From IMG/VR virus record IMGVR_UViG_3300033407_000044, positions 1 through 42,746 of that record: DNA of 42,746 nt. One strand, given 5' to 3'. The translations under genes were made by a program, and so were the position numbers. Position 1 is the first letter of the stretch, and every line of letters starts with the position of its first letter. Source of the DNA: a virus (Duplodnaviria > Caudoviricetes). The notes beneath the pieces were generated by a model that was given only the letters and a program-made list of their open reading frames with translations, was not told the origin of the DNA and searched no databases. This document shows positions 1 through 10,219 of this stretch, piece after piece.

Positions 1-12
1 GGTAGCGCAGAG
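1..12. repeat. Left copy of 12-nt terminal repeat, probable cohesive end (cosN)
   Basis: GGTAGCGCAGAG is identical at 1-12 and 42735-42746. It is followed by CGCGG as in lambda cos and lies directly upstream of terS/terL. Confidence 0.85.
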
Positions 13-67
13 CGCGGAAAACGACTAGTGTCATCATTTTTTACAGCTTGCACTCGGGGGCGGGTAA

Positions 68-598
68 ATGCCTAAAGGCAAATTCGTCGGGGTTGTTGAA
101 TTCGCAAGATTGATCGGTGTTACACGGGGGGCAGTTGATTACGCAATTAAAAAGGGCCGAATAAAAAGCCAGCAAGTCGGCAACAAAAGAATGCTTGATT
201 TTGAAAAGGCAAAAAAGGAATGGGACGAAAACACTGATAAGGCTGCCTCTAAAAAAGGACACGCTAAAAAGAAAATAAAAAGTAAAGTCGTTAATCAGGA
301 GTATGTGGCAAAAACTTACGACGGTCTAACAACCTCGGACGCTGAAAGGCAAGAGAAAGTTTATAAAGCGAGATTGGCTGAGCTTAAATATAAAGAGCAA
401 GCCGGCGAGCTCGCCGAAGTAAAAAAAATTAAAAAAGAGGCTTTCGAAACAGGCAGAAAAGTAAGGGATGCAATCATGCAAATACCTGCTAGGTTGTCGC
501 ATGAAATTGCGGTTGAAACAGACCCACATAAATGCGAGGTAATGCTCGCAAAAGAATTAAATCAGGCTTTGGTTAAATTAACGAAAGGTGAGTCGTGA
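68..598 (+). CDS. terS: Terminase small subunit (Nu1-like)
   Basis: N-terminal HTH (EFARLIGVTRGAV), KARLAELKY coiled coil, VRDAIMQIPARL typical of lambda-type small terminases; position next to cos. Confidence 0.85.
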   Translation: MPKGKFVGVVEFARLIGVTRGAVDYAIKKGRIKSQQVGNKRMLDFEKAKKEWDENTDKAASKKGHAKKKIKSKVVNQEYVAKTYDGLTTSDAERQEKVYKARLAELKYKEQAGELAEVKKIKKEAFETGRKVRDAIMQIPARLSHEIAVETDPHKCEVMLAKELNQALVKLTKGES

Positions 599-780
599 GA
601 TTTTTTAAAAGAATTAAAAAAGGTTGTTGCCCTGACTGCGATAAAAAATCTCAATCAGAAAATGCATCGATCAAAATAATACAGTTGGCGCAAAAGTTAA
701 CTGACGAGGACTTAATACAGATACAGCAATACATTGTTGTGCTTACTCAAAAGAGGTTGAACGTTGGCCCTAGCAAGTGA
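595..780 (+). CDS. Hypothetical protein (CCPDC motif)
   Basis: GTG start overlapping the terS stop; fills the gap to terL. Confidence 0.5.
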   Translation: MRFFKRIKKGCCPDCDKKSQSENASIKIIQLAQKLTDEDLIQIQQYIVVLTQKRLNVGPSK

Positions 781-2698
781 AAAAATTTACACTGAGGCGC
801 TGTTTCAGGGGCTTGAGCCTGACCCGATTTTAACAGTTAGCGATTGGGCCGACGAGCATCGATACCTATCGCAAGTTTCAAGCGCGGAGGCCGGCAAGTG
901 GAAAACCTCGCGCACTCCTTACCTGCGTGAGATAATGGACTGTTTGAGTGTAACCTCGAATATTCAAGAGATTTATTTTATGAAAGGCACTCAAGTTGGG
1001 GGCACTGAATGCGGCAATAATTGGATTGGATACATTATCGATCAAGCGCCAGGGCCGACGCTTTCAGTTATGCCGAGGCTTGAGGACGCTAAGAAAAATT
1101 CGAAAATAAGAATTAAGCCACTAATCGAGTCAACGCCTCGGCTTAGAGATAAAGTGCAAGATGCTCGCTCTCGTGACTCGGGCAACACAATTTTGCAAAA
1201 GGAGTTCCCTGGCGGTGTTTTTGTAATGGCGGGGGCTAACTCGGCGGCGGGTTTGCGCTCAATGCCTATAAGAAATTTATTTTTTGATGAGGAGTCAGAA
1301 TATCCTGGCGACGTTGACGACGAGGGCGACCCTGTTGAGCTCGCGAAAAAACGTACCGATACTTTTTCAAGTAAGAAGAAAATTTTTCATGTGTCGACGC
1401 CTTTAGTTGAGGGGCGCTGCCGAATTGAGGCGGGCTATAATAAAACTGACCAGCGCAAATTTTTTGTACCATGCCCTACATGCGGGCATATGCAATGGTT
1501 TAAATGGGACTCGTTAAAGTGGGAAAAGTTAGAAAATGGTCGGCCCGATTATAATTCAGTTTATTACGAATGCGAAAATGAGAATTGCAAAGCTCAAATA
1601 AAAAATTGGCAGAAAACAAAAATGCTTGCAAATGGAGAATGGCGTGCAACCTCCGAGAGTACTGACGATCGAGTAAGAGGGTACCATTTAAGCGGGCTTT
1701 ATTCTCCTGTTGGTTGGTTTTCCTGGTCGGATTGTGTGAGGCAATGGTACGAGGCCAACAACCCTAAAAATTTAGATAAGTTAAAATCATTTGTAAATAC
1801 TGTTTTGGGCGAGACGTGGAAAGATAAAGGCGAGGCTCCTGAGTGGGAAAAACTCTATAAACGCCGAGAAAATTACGGGCGAAATGAGCTGCCCAATGGT
1901 GTTTGCTTCTTAACTGCCGGCGTTGACATTCAGGCTGACCGCATTGAGGTTGAGGTTGTTGGCTGGGGCCGCAACAAACGATCGTGGTCAGTTGACTATC
2001 GAGTTTTCGAGGGCAACACGAGTTCAATCGACTCTGCACCTTGGCGCGATTTAACGTCATGTCTTGGCGAGTATTGGGAAACTGAGAGCGGCGTGGAACT
2101 TGACATTAAAGTTATGGCGATCGACTCAGGTTATTCAACGCAAACGGTTTACTCGTATGTGAAACAGTTTTCTATTAGGCGAGTGATCGCGATTAAGGGC
2201 TCCGATACTCAGTCAGTTATTTTAAATCAAGGCACGCCGGTTGATATTCGAAAAGGCAACCGCAAAAGAATACGGCGAGCAACAAAAGTTTTTACTGTTG
2301 GCGTGTCGAAATTAAAGCAAGAGCTGTACGGTTGGCTCAAATTGGAATACGATGATGAGCTAAATGAGCATGAGCCATATGGTTTTTGTCACTTTCCCGA
2401 ATACGATCAAGAGCATTTTAAGCGGCTAACTTCAGAGACTCTCGAAATAAAATGGGTACGAGGTTTTAAAAAACATGAGTGGGTTGCCGACGGGCGCAAC
2501 GAGCAACTCGATTGCCGAGTTTATGCGCGTGCGGCGGCGAGTTATTGCGGCATTGATCGATTTAAAGAGCCTAAATGGGACGCTTTAGAGTCAGAGGCGG
2601 GCGTAACTATAAAAAGACAAACTCAGGAAAATATGGCAAAATCTAAAAATAAAAAGAAAAAAGTTGCAATTAAAAGGCGAAAAAGTACAGTTTTTTAA
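764..2698 (+). CDS. terL: Terminase large subunit, lambda GpA family
   Basis: RTPYLREIMD, Walker A-like KGTQVGGT, Walker B LFFDE, STP motif, CPxC zinc knuckle, nuclease GVDIQ and NEQLDCRVY. Confidence 0.97.
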   Translation: MALASEKIYTEALFQGLEPDPILTVSDWADEHRYLSQVSSAEAGKWKTSRTPYLREIMDCLSVTSNIQEIYFMKGTQVGGTECGNNWIGYIIDQAPGPTLSVMPRLEDAKKNSKIRIKPLIESTPRLRDKVQDARSRDSGNTILQKEFPGGVFVMAGANSAAGLRSMPIRNLFFDEESEYPGDVDDEGDPVELAKKRTDTFSSKKKIFHVSTPLVEGRCRIEAGYNKTDQRKFFVPCPTCGHMQWFKWDSLKWEKLENGRPDYNSVYYECENENCKAQIKNWQKTKMLANGEWRATSESTDDRVRGYHLSGLYSPVGWFSWSDCVRQWYEANNPKNLDKLKSFVNTVLGETWKDKGEAPEWEKLYKRRENYGRNELPNGVCFLTAGVDIQADRIEVEVVGWGRNKRSWSVDYRVFEGNTSSIDSAPWRDLTSCLGEYWETESGVELDIKVMAIDSGYSTQTVYSYVKQFSIRRVIAIKGSDTQSVILNQGTPVDIRKGNRKRIRRATKVFTVGVSKLKQELYGWLKLEYDDELNEHEPYGFCHFPEYDQEHFKRLTSETLEIKWVRGFKKHEWVADGRNEQLDCRVYARAAASYCGIDRFKEPKWDALESEAGVTIKRQTQENMAKSKNKKKKVAIKRRKSTVF

Positions 2699-2711
2699 GG
2701 AAAGTTGAAAT

Positions 2712-2921
2712 ATGGCTACGACTGAATGGACTGCGGACGACTTAGCAAGAATAAATAAAGCAATCGCAAGCGGGGCTTTGCGGGTTGAATATAATGACAG
2801 GACTGTTGTTTATAGGTCGATGAATGAATTACTCAAAGCAAGAGAAGTTATAAAAAGAAATTTAGGCCAAGTAAAACGAGGCTCGCGAATTTTAGCGGAG
2901 CCAGGTAAAGGAATTTGCTAA
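2712..2921 (+). CDS. Head-tail joining protein (gpW-like)
   Basis: AIASG..RVEY.DRTV.YRS..EL pattern; between terL and portal. Confidence 0.85.
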   Translation: MATTEWTADDLARINKAIASGALRVEYNDRTVVYRSMNELLKAREVIKRNLGQVKRGSRILAEPGKGIC

Positions 2922-4496
2922 ATGTCTAACATGCCCGAAATAAGGTTGAATTGGCTCGATCGTACAATTGGTTTTTTCTCGCCTCGCAGTTTACTAAAAC
3001 GCAAACGTGCCAAAATTTATAATGAATTTTTAAAAAGAAAATATGAGGGAGCCGACGGGGGCCGGCGTACGAGCACTTGGAAAACTGCAAGCAATTCGGC
3101 TAATGCTGAAATAACTGCGGCGCTAGTTAAAATGCGTGATCGAGCTCGTGACTTAGTACGCAATAACCCTTACGCGGGTAAAGCCATTGGCGTAATAACT
3201 GACAACGTTGTGGGTAAAGGCGTTCGGACGCAAATTAAAATTGACACTAATAGAAAAATAAGTGTTAAAGAGGCTCGCTTAAATGAAATATGGAAAGCTT
3301 GGGCTGAAACAAAAAACTGCGATTACGAGTCGCAATTAACTTTTTTAGGTTTACAAGACTTAGCTATGCGCGAAGTTGTTGAAAGTGGCGAGGTTTTTGT
3401 ACGCCGCCGATTTACCCGCAGGCGAAAAGTTATTGGTAAAATGGGCAAGCTTGTTGAGATACCGCCGATCGAGTTACAACTATTAGAGGGCGATTTTTTG
3501 TCAGTAAGTCGCACGGGCCGGCTGAATAATGGCAATCGTATCAGGCAGGGCATAGAGTTTAATAAGCAAGGCAAAAGAGTTGCATATCATTTTTACCAAA
3601 ATCATCCAGGGAGCAATGACCTTGATTTTGGCTCGACTTTTAGCACAGTAAGAGTGCCAGCTAGTGAAGTTTTACATTTATATAGACTCGACCGAGCCGG
3701 GCAAATGCGAGGCATGACTTGGTTTGATAAAGTTATTTTGCGATTAAGAAACTTCGACCTATATGAGGACGCGCAGTTAATGAGGCAGCAATGCGCGTCT
3801 ATGTTTACTGCTTTCGTGCATGACCTTGAGGGGATGGACGAGGACGCGGAAACTGCCGAGGAGCAAGCGCTTGGCGAAAAAATGGAGCCGGGTATTATTG
3901 AAATTTTACCGCCGGGTAAGGATGTAAAATTTGCTAGTCCACCGGGGGCCGAAAATTACGGTGAATATACAACTAAAGTTTTGCAAGCTATCGCGTCAGG
4001 GTTGGGTATAACTTACAACCAATTGACCGGCGATTTAAGCGAAGTAAATTTTTCAAGTGGGCGAATGGGGCTAATCGAAGTGCATCGCTCTTTTGATAAA
4101 TGGCAGTCTAATATATTAATCAATCAATTGATCGACCCAACTTTTGAATGGTTTAGAGAGGGTGTCGAACTATTAGGCGAAAATATGTTGGGAGTGTGGG
4201 CGGTTCACACGCCTCCGCGTCGTGAAATGATCGACCCGGTAAAAGAAACTCAAGCAATGAAAACTCAAGTTAGATCGGGCTTTAAAACGCAAAGCCAGGC
4301 AATTCGAGAACTGGGCCGCGACCCTGATTTACACTATGCAGAAATTGAGCAAGACAATAAAACGCTTGACGATAAGAAAATTACACTGGACACTGACCCA
4401 AGAAAAACAACTAACGCAGGCGGCTCAAATGACAGTGCCAGTGCTCAAAGTAATGAAAATGATAACAGCACTAGCAATAGTTCAGAAAATGAGTAA
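2922..4496 (+). CDS. Portal protein, lambda family
   Basis: RARDLVRNN, GQMRG, LTGDLSEVNFSSGR, IDPVKE motifs. Confidence 0.96.
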   Translation: MSNMPEIRLNWLDRTIGFFSPRSLLKRKRAKIYNEFLKRKYEGADGGRRTSTWKTASNSANAEITAALVKMRDRARDLVRNNPYAGKAIGVITDNVVGKGVRTQIKIDTNRKISVKEARLNEIWKAWAETKNCDYESQLTFLGLQDLAMREVVESGEVFVRRRFTRRRKVIGKMGKLVEIPPIELQLLEGDFLSVSRTGRLNNGNRIRQGIEFNKQGKRVAYHFYQNHPGSNDLDFGSTFSTVRVPASEVLHLYRLDRAGQMRGMTWFDKVILRLRNFDLYEDAQLMRQQCASMFTAFVHDLEGMDEDAETAEEQALGEKMEPGIIEILPPGKDVKFASPPGAENYGEYTTKVLQAIASGLGITYNQLTGDLSEVNFSSGRMGLIEVHRSFDKWQSNILINQLIDPTFEWFREGVELLGENMLGVWAVHTPPRREMIDPVKETQAMKTQVRSGFKTQSQAIRELGRDPDLHYAEIEQDNKTLDDKKITLDTDPRKTTNAGGSNDSASAQSNENDNSTSNSSENE

Positions 4497-4536
4497 TAAT
4501 ATTTTTGTACAAAAAAAAATTAAAGGTTTTTAATTT

Positions 4537-6657
4537 ATGCCGAAAAAATTAACTCAGCGAAAAGTATCTTTGCCGACAATGCAGCGAGCGGCATCATTAG
4601 AGCCAAAAACAATTAACGAGGAAAATAGAACGGTCGACGTTGTTTGGACTAAAGGTAGTCGGGTACGTCGAGGTTTTTTCAATACATATTATGAGGAGCT
4701 CGGACTCGAAAAGAAAAACGTTCGAATGGGCCGACTAAAAAGCGGCAGTGCTCCTGTTTTAGACTCTCATGGGTATGATAGCCGAGGCGGTTTAAACTCA
4801 GTTTTAGGAGTTGTTATTAGCGCGGAGTTAATACCTGGCAAAGAGGGTCGTGCAACTTTAAAATTTTCAAGTCGTGATGAGGTTGAGCCTTTATTTCGGG
4901 ACATAAAAGACGGTATTTTGCGCAACATATCTGTTGGTTACAATGTTTACAAAATGGAAAAAGTTGAGGAGACCGACGACGTTGCTGTTTACCGAGCGAT
5001 CGATTGGGAGCCCGTTGAGATTTCAGTTGTTGCGGCGGGGGCTGACCCCGAGGCGCGCATTCGCAGCGAAGAAAAAGACGAGCGAAAAAATGATTGTGTT
5101 TTTGTTGACCCGTCGAGCGACGACGAGCAAGAAAACGAAACTCGATCAAACGACGAAAATTTAGAAAATGAAAATTTAGAAAATGAAAATGGGGTTGCAA
5201 AACCCAATGAGTCAAGAGATACTCAAGACATCGGAGGCAATGAAATGACACCTGAAGAAAAAAGAGAGTTAGAAGAAAAAGCGCGAAAAGAGGGAATCGA
5301 GGCCGAGAAAAAACGAGCGGCTGAAATTCGTTTGATTGTTCGTAAGCTGAAATTAGGTGACGATGTTGCTGAAAAATTTATTGATGACGGCACTCCTGCC
5401 GATGAGGTGCGCACTAAAGCGATTGACCTAGTTGCTGAGCGTGACGAAAAAGAGGAAAATCAAATTGAGTCGCAAAACGAGTCAGTGTCGGTTGGTACTG
5501 ATCTTGCTCGTAAAGGGCGTATTGAGGGAATGACTTCGGCGTTATTGCATAAATATCGCCCTCAAGCCGAAGAAAAACGCAGCGATAGCGGGCAGCTTTA
5601 CACTATGCCTGGCTATAAACTTAGCGACTCAGGCAGAAACTTTGCGTATTTTAGCTTACTCGATATGGCTCGGGCGTGCCTTGAGGCAAACAATGTACGC
5701 ACTGGCATGATGCCTAAGCATGCAATTGTCGATGCAGTTTTAAATAATTATAATGTACGCGGCGGGTACCACTCGACTAGCGATTTTACCGAAATTTTAG
5801 CAAACGTTGCTAACAAAACATTGAGAGATGGATACCAAGCGGCTCCACAAACTTTCATGCCTTTTGTTAACGAAGTTTTTGTTACGGACTTTAAACAAAT
5901 TTCGCGCACTAACTTAGGAGATGCTCCAAAGCTTGAAAAATTAGCTGAGGGCTCTGAGGTAAAACGCGGCTCGATCAGCGAAGCGGCTGAAAAATATCAA
6001 GTCGAGGAGTATGCAAAAGTAATCGCGCTTACTCGTAAAACAATTATTAATGATGACTTGGGAGCGTTTACTCGCTTACCTGAGCGCATGGGCCGACGGG
6101 CAAAAGATTTAGAGTCTGACACTGTTTGGGATATCATTAAAGCAAACGCAGCGCTTGCGGATACTTTCGCGCTATTCAGTGCTCAGCATAGCAACCTTTC
6201 AACTGCGGCAGCGGCTCCGAGTGAGGCCGGTTTAAATGAGGCACGCGCAGCGATGCGACGCCAAGTTGGGTTAGACGGCGCAGAGATTTCGTTGATACCG
6301 GCATTTACAATTGTACCGCCAGCGCATGAAACTGCGATGGAAAAATTGCTAGCGACAACTCGCCCCAATAATGCCTCGGACGTTAATCCGTTTGGGCCGC
6401 AAGGGCGCACAACTTTACGTATGGACGTTGAGCCTCGCTTGGAAACAGGCACTGGCGGCTCACTAACTGCGTGGTTTGTTTTTGCTGACAAACGTCAATC
6501 TGACATGGTTGAGCTTGCCCGATTAGAGGGCACTAACGGCCCTCAAATGCAATCGCGTGACGGTTTTGATGTAAACGGTATGGAACTAAAAATCATGCAC
6601 GACATCGGCGCTAAAGCGATTGATTTTAGAGGTATGTTTAAAAACGCAGGTGCATAA
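4537..6657 (+). CDS. Prohead protease-scaffold-major capsid fusion
   Basis: N-terminal HK97-type protease (LDSH, ISVGY, WEPVEISVV..GAD), acidic linker, charged helical scaffold, then capsid domain (STSDF..IL, IINDDLGAF, DFRG). Confidence 0.92.
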   Translation: MPKKLTQRKVSLPTMQRAASLEPKTINEENRTVDVVWTKGSRVRRGFFNTYYEELGLEKKNVRMGRLKSGSAPVLDSHGYDSRGGLNSVLGVVISAELIPGKEGRATLKFSSRDEVEPLFRDIKDGILRNISVGYNVYKMEKVEETDDVAVYRAIDWEPVEISVVAAGADPEARIRSEEKDERKNDCVFVDPSSDDEQENETRSNDENLENENLENENGVAKPNESRDTQDIGGNEMTPEEKRELEEKARKEGIEAEKKRAAEIRLIVRKLKLGDDVAEKFIDDGTPADEVRTKAIDLVAERDEKEENQIESQNESVSVGTDLARKGRIEGMTSALLHKYRPQAEEKRSDSGQLYTMPGYKLSDSGRNFAYFSLLDMARACLEANNVRTGMMPKHAIVDAVLNNYNVRGGYHSTSDFTEILANVANKTLRDGYQAAPQTFMPFVNEVFVTDFKQISRTNLGDAPKLEKLAEGSEVKRGSISEAAEKYQVEEYAKVIALTRKTIINDDLGAFTRLPERMGRRAKDLESDTVWDIIKANAALADTFALFSAQHSNLSTAAAAPSEAGLNEARAAMRRQVGLDGAEISLIPAFTIVPPAHETAMEKLLATTRPNNASDVNPFGPQGRTTLRMDVEPRLETGTGGSLTAWFVFADKRQSDMVELARLEGTNGPQMQSRDGFDVNGMELKIMHDIGAKAIDFRGMFKNAGA
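5152..5190 (+). repeat. Short in-frame tandem repeat (ENLENENLENEN) in capsid linker
   Basis: GAAAATTTAGAAAAT duplicated, plus GAAAAT. Confidence 0.8.
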
Positions 6658-6682
6658 CCTTAGCGTAAAAGGACTTTAAAAA

Positions 6683-6707
6683 TAGCGGAGTGTAAAAACC
6701 TCCGCTA
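6683..6707 (+). terminator. Stem-loop after capsid gene (weak terminator or mRNA stabiliser)
   Basis: TAGCGGAG-N9-CTCCGCTA; no immediate U-tract. Confidence 0.5.
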
Positions 6708-6736
6708 AAAAGTTGAAATTTTTTGGAGGCTAGAAA

Positions 6737-7066
6737 ATGAAAAACTATTTGCAACCCGGTAACATTTTAGACTTAATCGCGCCGTCAGGCGGTGTTGTTA
6801 GCGGAGCGCCGCTAATATTAGGAAATATTTTTGCGGTACCTCAGTCAAGTGAAGCAGAGAATGACACTTTCGCCGGTGTTGTTGAGGGAGTTGTCGAAGT
6901 TGACAAGCTTTCAACTGACAATATGACAATCGGGCTAAAAGTTAATTGGAACGACACCACTAAAGAGGTGCAGTTAGCAACTAGTGACCTTGACGGTGTT
7001 GGCACTGTTGTTGAGGCTGCCGGTGCATCCACAACCTCAGTAAAAATTAAACTTACACCATTATAA
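6737..7066 (+). CDS. DUF2190-like capsid cement/decoration protein
   Basis: MKNYLQPG start and VKIKL end are typical of DUF2190; follows the capsid gene; strong GGAGG SD. Confidence 0.88.
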   Translation: MKNYLQPGNILDLIAPSGGVVSGAPLILGNIFAVPQSSEAENDTFAGVVEGVVEVDKLSTDNMTIGLKVNWNDTTKEVQLATSDLDGVGTVVEAAGASTTSVKIKLTPL

Positions 7067-7081
7067 TAGAGGGGAGGGCGA

Positions 7082-7423
7082 ATGCCTCCCGTTGAATTTG
7101 ATGAGATAGCAGGCGACGCCTTTGACGAAATAAAAGAGGCATTTCGCACAACATTTACTTACCAACCAAAAGCTGGCGGCATTTATGATAATCTCGTCGG
7201 CATTTTCGACAATCGAGCCCAAGAGGTCGACCCCGATACTGAGCAACCTGTTTCATCTAATGTATATACTTTAGGAGTTAAATTAGAGGACTTGCCTTTT
7301 TCGCCCGCAAAAGGCGATAAAACAATAATTGGCTCATTCAGTTATAGAGTTATTGACGTACTTGAGGACGGCGTTGAGGGAGTCAGCGTGGTTTTAGTTT
7401 TACATAGGGTGAAAGCAGCATGA
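7082..7423 (+). CDS. Head-tail joining/closure protein (FII-like)
   Basis: Synteny; GIFD, P.KGD, YRVIDV..DG pattern. Confidence 0.75.
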   Translation: MPPVEFDEIAGDAFDEIKEAFRTTFTYQPKAGGIYDNLVGIFDNRAQEVDPDTEQPVSSNVYTLGVKLEDLPFSPAKGDKTIIGSFSYRVIDVLEDGVEGVSVVLVLHRVKAA

Positions 7424-8037
7424 TTCAAGATAACGGTGCGCCTCCTGAGGACAAAGGGCGAACGCGCAAAGCAATTCGCAAAAAAGTTGTTGAGCTTTTA
7501 AAAGCCGCTGATATTTCTGACGTTTCTGGAAAAGTTTATCCGAACGCCTCAGTGCCATCTTGGCAAGAGGAGCTCCCCGTTGTTTTAGTTTATCAGCGCA
7601 ATGAAAGCGCCAGCGAATATGCGCAAGCTCCCCGGGAGTATCAGCGCACTTTTAATTTAGCAATTGAAATTGTTGCTGAGGGAGAAGAAGAAAACGACCA
7701 ATTGGAAACGCCGGGCAGCGGGTTAAAATCTTTAGAGGATATCCTAGACGATATCGCTGAGGAGATTGAGTGCGCTCTCAGTATCGACGATACACTAGAT
7801 AATGTATGTAGCGAGTCAATGTATCAAAGTACTGAATTCGAATTTGATAGCGCAGGCGGGCGACCGATTGGCTCAGCACGATTAAATTACGCGGTAACTT
7901 ATTACACCATGAGCCCGAGAGATATTGAAAAGCAGGGCGTCGTCGATGACTTTAGCAAAGCAAATATTGACTATCAATTAACTGACGATGAAAATATTAA
8001 CGAGGCAACTGACGAGCTTGATATACCGATCGTTTAG
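7420..8037 (+). CDS. Tail terminator/completion protein
   Basis: IR..VV..L, ELP.VLVY, LDDIAEEIE.AL pattern; synteny. Confidence 0.7.
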   Translation: MIQDNGAPPEDKGRTRKAIRKKVVELLKAADISDVSGKVYPNASVPSWQEELPVVLVYQRNESASEYAQAPREYQRTFNLAIEIVAEGEEENDQLETPGSGLKSLEDILDDIAEEIECALSIDDTLDNVCSESMYQSTEFEFDSAGGRPIGSARLNYAVTYYTMSPRDIEKQGVVDDFSKANIDYQLTDDENINEATDELDIPIV

Positions 8038-8052
8038 GAGTAACATTTTAGT

Positions 8053-8304
8053 ATGCAAAAAACTGAGCCCAAAGCAATTCGAATTAAAATTTTAAAAAGT
8101 TTTCACAGTCCTTTATCAAATAAAGCTTTGAAAGTTGGCCAAGAGCTTAACATTTCTCCTAACCGTTTTTGGTTTAAGCGACTAAACGATAAAGACTGCG
8201 AGCAAATTAGTTTAAAATCGCGTAAGATCGCAAAAAAAGAAAATGAAGTTTTAGAAAATAAACCGGGAAAAGCAACCGGGGCTAATAAAAAAGGGAGCAA
8301 CTAA
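8053..8304 (+). CDS. DUF2635-like small tail protein
   Basis: FWFKRLNDKD resembles the YW.RRL.DGD motif; precedes the sheath as in Mu-like tails. Confidence 0.6.
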   Translation: MQKTEPKAIRIKILKSFHSPLSNKALKVGQELNISPNRFWFKRLNDKDCEQISLKSRKIAKKENEVLENKPGKATGANKKGSN

Positions 8305-8307
8305 GTT

Positions 8308-9792
8308 ATGAGCATTTCGTTTTTACAGATACCTTTAGGTGGCAAAGTACCCGGTGCATTTGTTGAATTTGATACTAGTCGCGCGCAGCAAGGTACCTCC
8401 ATAAAACCCTACAATGCTTTAGTTATTGGGCAACGTTTAACTGCGGGCACTAAAGCTGAGAAACAAATTGATAAAGTTACTAGTGAGGCTCAAGCCGAAA
8501 ATTATTATGGGCGCGGTTCGATGTTATATCACATGATTAAAGCTTTTATAAAAGAAAACCAAAATTTAAACGAGCTAAACGCAATATCTCTCAATGACGA
8601 CGGCGGTTCCACAAAATCGGCGGGCAGTCTTGAAATTTTAACGCCTCCTACGGCTGACGGCTCGCTTGCTGTTATGATCGGCGGGCGCAATTACACGATT
8701 GCCGTTGTTGACGCTGACACCGAGGAGGATATTGTTGACAACTTAGTTGCCGAAATTAATGCCGATGATTATAGACATGTTGACGTTGCAAAAGACGGGG
8801 TCAATGCCGACTTAATGAATATCGTTGCAAGGCATGGAGGCGTTGTTGGCGATGATTTAGACATTAGAGTTAATTATTTCGACGGTGAGGTTTTACCGGC
8901 GGGCGTGACTGTTTCAATTACAGCTATGGGCGCAGTAACCGCAGGCGCAACTAACCCGGCTATTACTGACGTGATTACAGCTATGGGCGAAAAACAATAT
9001 GACATTATTGTCATGCCTTACTCTGACGCCGCAAATTTATTATTGATGAAAACTGAGCTCGACGATCGTTGGGGGCCAATTAGACAAAATGACGGGCACT
9101 TAATTTTCTGCCGAAAAGAGGCGTTCGCAGCACACTCGACTTTTTTAGATGGCCGAAATAGCGAGCAAGAGTCAGTGCTGGATATTGCCGGCCCAACTCC
9201 GCAATTTGAATGGGCAGCTAATCTTGGGGCAGTTATTGCAGCTAATGCGCAAATTGACCCGGCAAGACCGTTTCAGACGCTACCATTGACTCAAGTTTTA
9301 GCGCCAGCTGATAGCGAGCTTTTCGACTATGGCGAGCGCGATCAAATTTTAAAAGCTGGCGGGTCAAGCTATAATGTTGATGCGGCAGGCACTGTTAGAG
9401 TTGAGCGTATACGCACAACTCGAATTGAAAACGAGCTCGCAGCTCCTGACGAGGCGCTTGCCGACTTAAATTCAAAACTTACTTTAAGTTATATTCGTTA
9501 TGACTTTAGAGTTTTAATGCTTACCAAATATCCCAGGCATAAGCTTGCCGACGACGGTACTCGTTTCGGTCCCGGCCAGGCGGTTATCACTCCGTTAATT
9601 GGGCGCGCGGAGGCAGTCGCACGCTTTGAGCTTTGGGCAGAGCAAGGGCTCGTTGAGGGACTTGACCAATTTAAACGCGATTTAATTGTCGAGCGTAGTA
9701 GCTCTGACGTTAATCGTTTAGACTTTTTGCTACCGCCTGACTTGATCAACCAATTGAGAGTTGTTGGCGCGCAAATTGGGTTTTTACTTTAA
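8308..9792 (+). CDS. Tail sheath protein (Mu gpL-like)
   Basis: VPGAFVEFD, DPARPFQTL, KYPRHKLADDG, DLINQLRV. Confidence 0.96.
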   Translation: MSISFLQIPLGGKVPGAFVEFDTSRAQQGTSIKPYNALVIGQRLTAGTKAEKQIDKVTSEAQAENYYGRGSMLYHMIKAFIKENQNLNELNAISLNDDGGSTKSAGSLEILTPPTADGSLAVMIGGRNYTIAVVDADTEEDIVDNLVAEINADDYRHVDVAKDGVNADLMNIVARHGGVVGDDLDIRVNYFDGEVLPAGVTVSITAMGAVTAGATNPAITDVITAMGEKQYDIIVMPYSDAANLLLMKTELDDRWGPIRQNDGHLIFCRKEAFAAHSTFLDGRNSEQESVLDIAGPTPQFEWAANLGAVIAANAQIDPARPFQTLPLTQVLAPADSELFDYGERDQILKAGGSSYNVDAAGTVRVERIRTTRIENELAAPDEALADLNSKLTLSYIRYDFRVLMLTKYPRHKLADDGTRFGPGQAVITPLIGRAEAVARFELWAEQGLVEGLDQFKRDLIVERSSSDVNRLDFLLPPDLINQLRVVGAQIGFLL

Positions 9793-9819
9793 TAGGCTTT
9801 ATTAGGAGGGTTTAATTAA

Positions 9820-10185
9820 ATGGCAGATAGACGAGTCGGTGGAATAATTTTTCTAAAAGTTGACGGCGAATTATTCCAAGCTAAAGGTGAATTTACATAC
9901 AATATCAACCCTACTAAGCGCGAGAGTGTTGTCGGCCAAGACCGTATTCATGGTTTTAAAGAAGAGCCGAAAATTATTTTTATTGAGGGCGCGATAACTG
10001 ACTCTGACGAGTTGGACTTAGAAGGCTTTCAAGCTATTCGAGACGCAACAATTACTTTGGAGCTTGCCAACGGCAAAGTCATTCAATTGGCTGAGGCATT
10101 TTATGCGGCTGACGGTGACGTTTCAACGTCTGAGGGAGAAATACAAGTGCGTTTTGAGGGTATCCGAGGCCGCGAAATACGCTAG
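9820..10185 (+). CDS. Tail tube protein (Mu gpM-like)
   Basis: RESVVGQD..HGFKE, ELANGK, VRFEG. Confidence 0.93.
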   Translation: MADRRVGGIIFLKVDGELFQAKGEFTYNINPTKRESVVGQDRIHGFKEEPKIIFIEGAITDSDELDLEGFQAIRDATITLELANGKVIQLAEAFYAADGDVSTSEGEIQVRFEGIRGREIR

Positions 10186-10219
10186 TATTTAATTAAAAAT
10201 ATAATTAGGAGGGAGCCAC

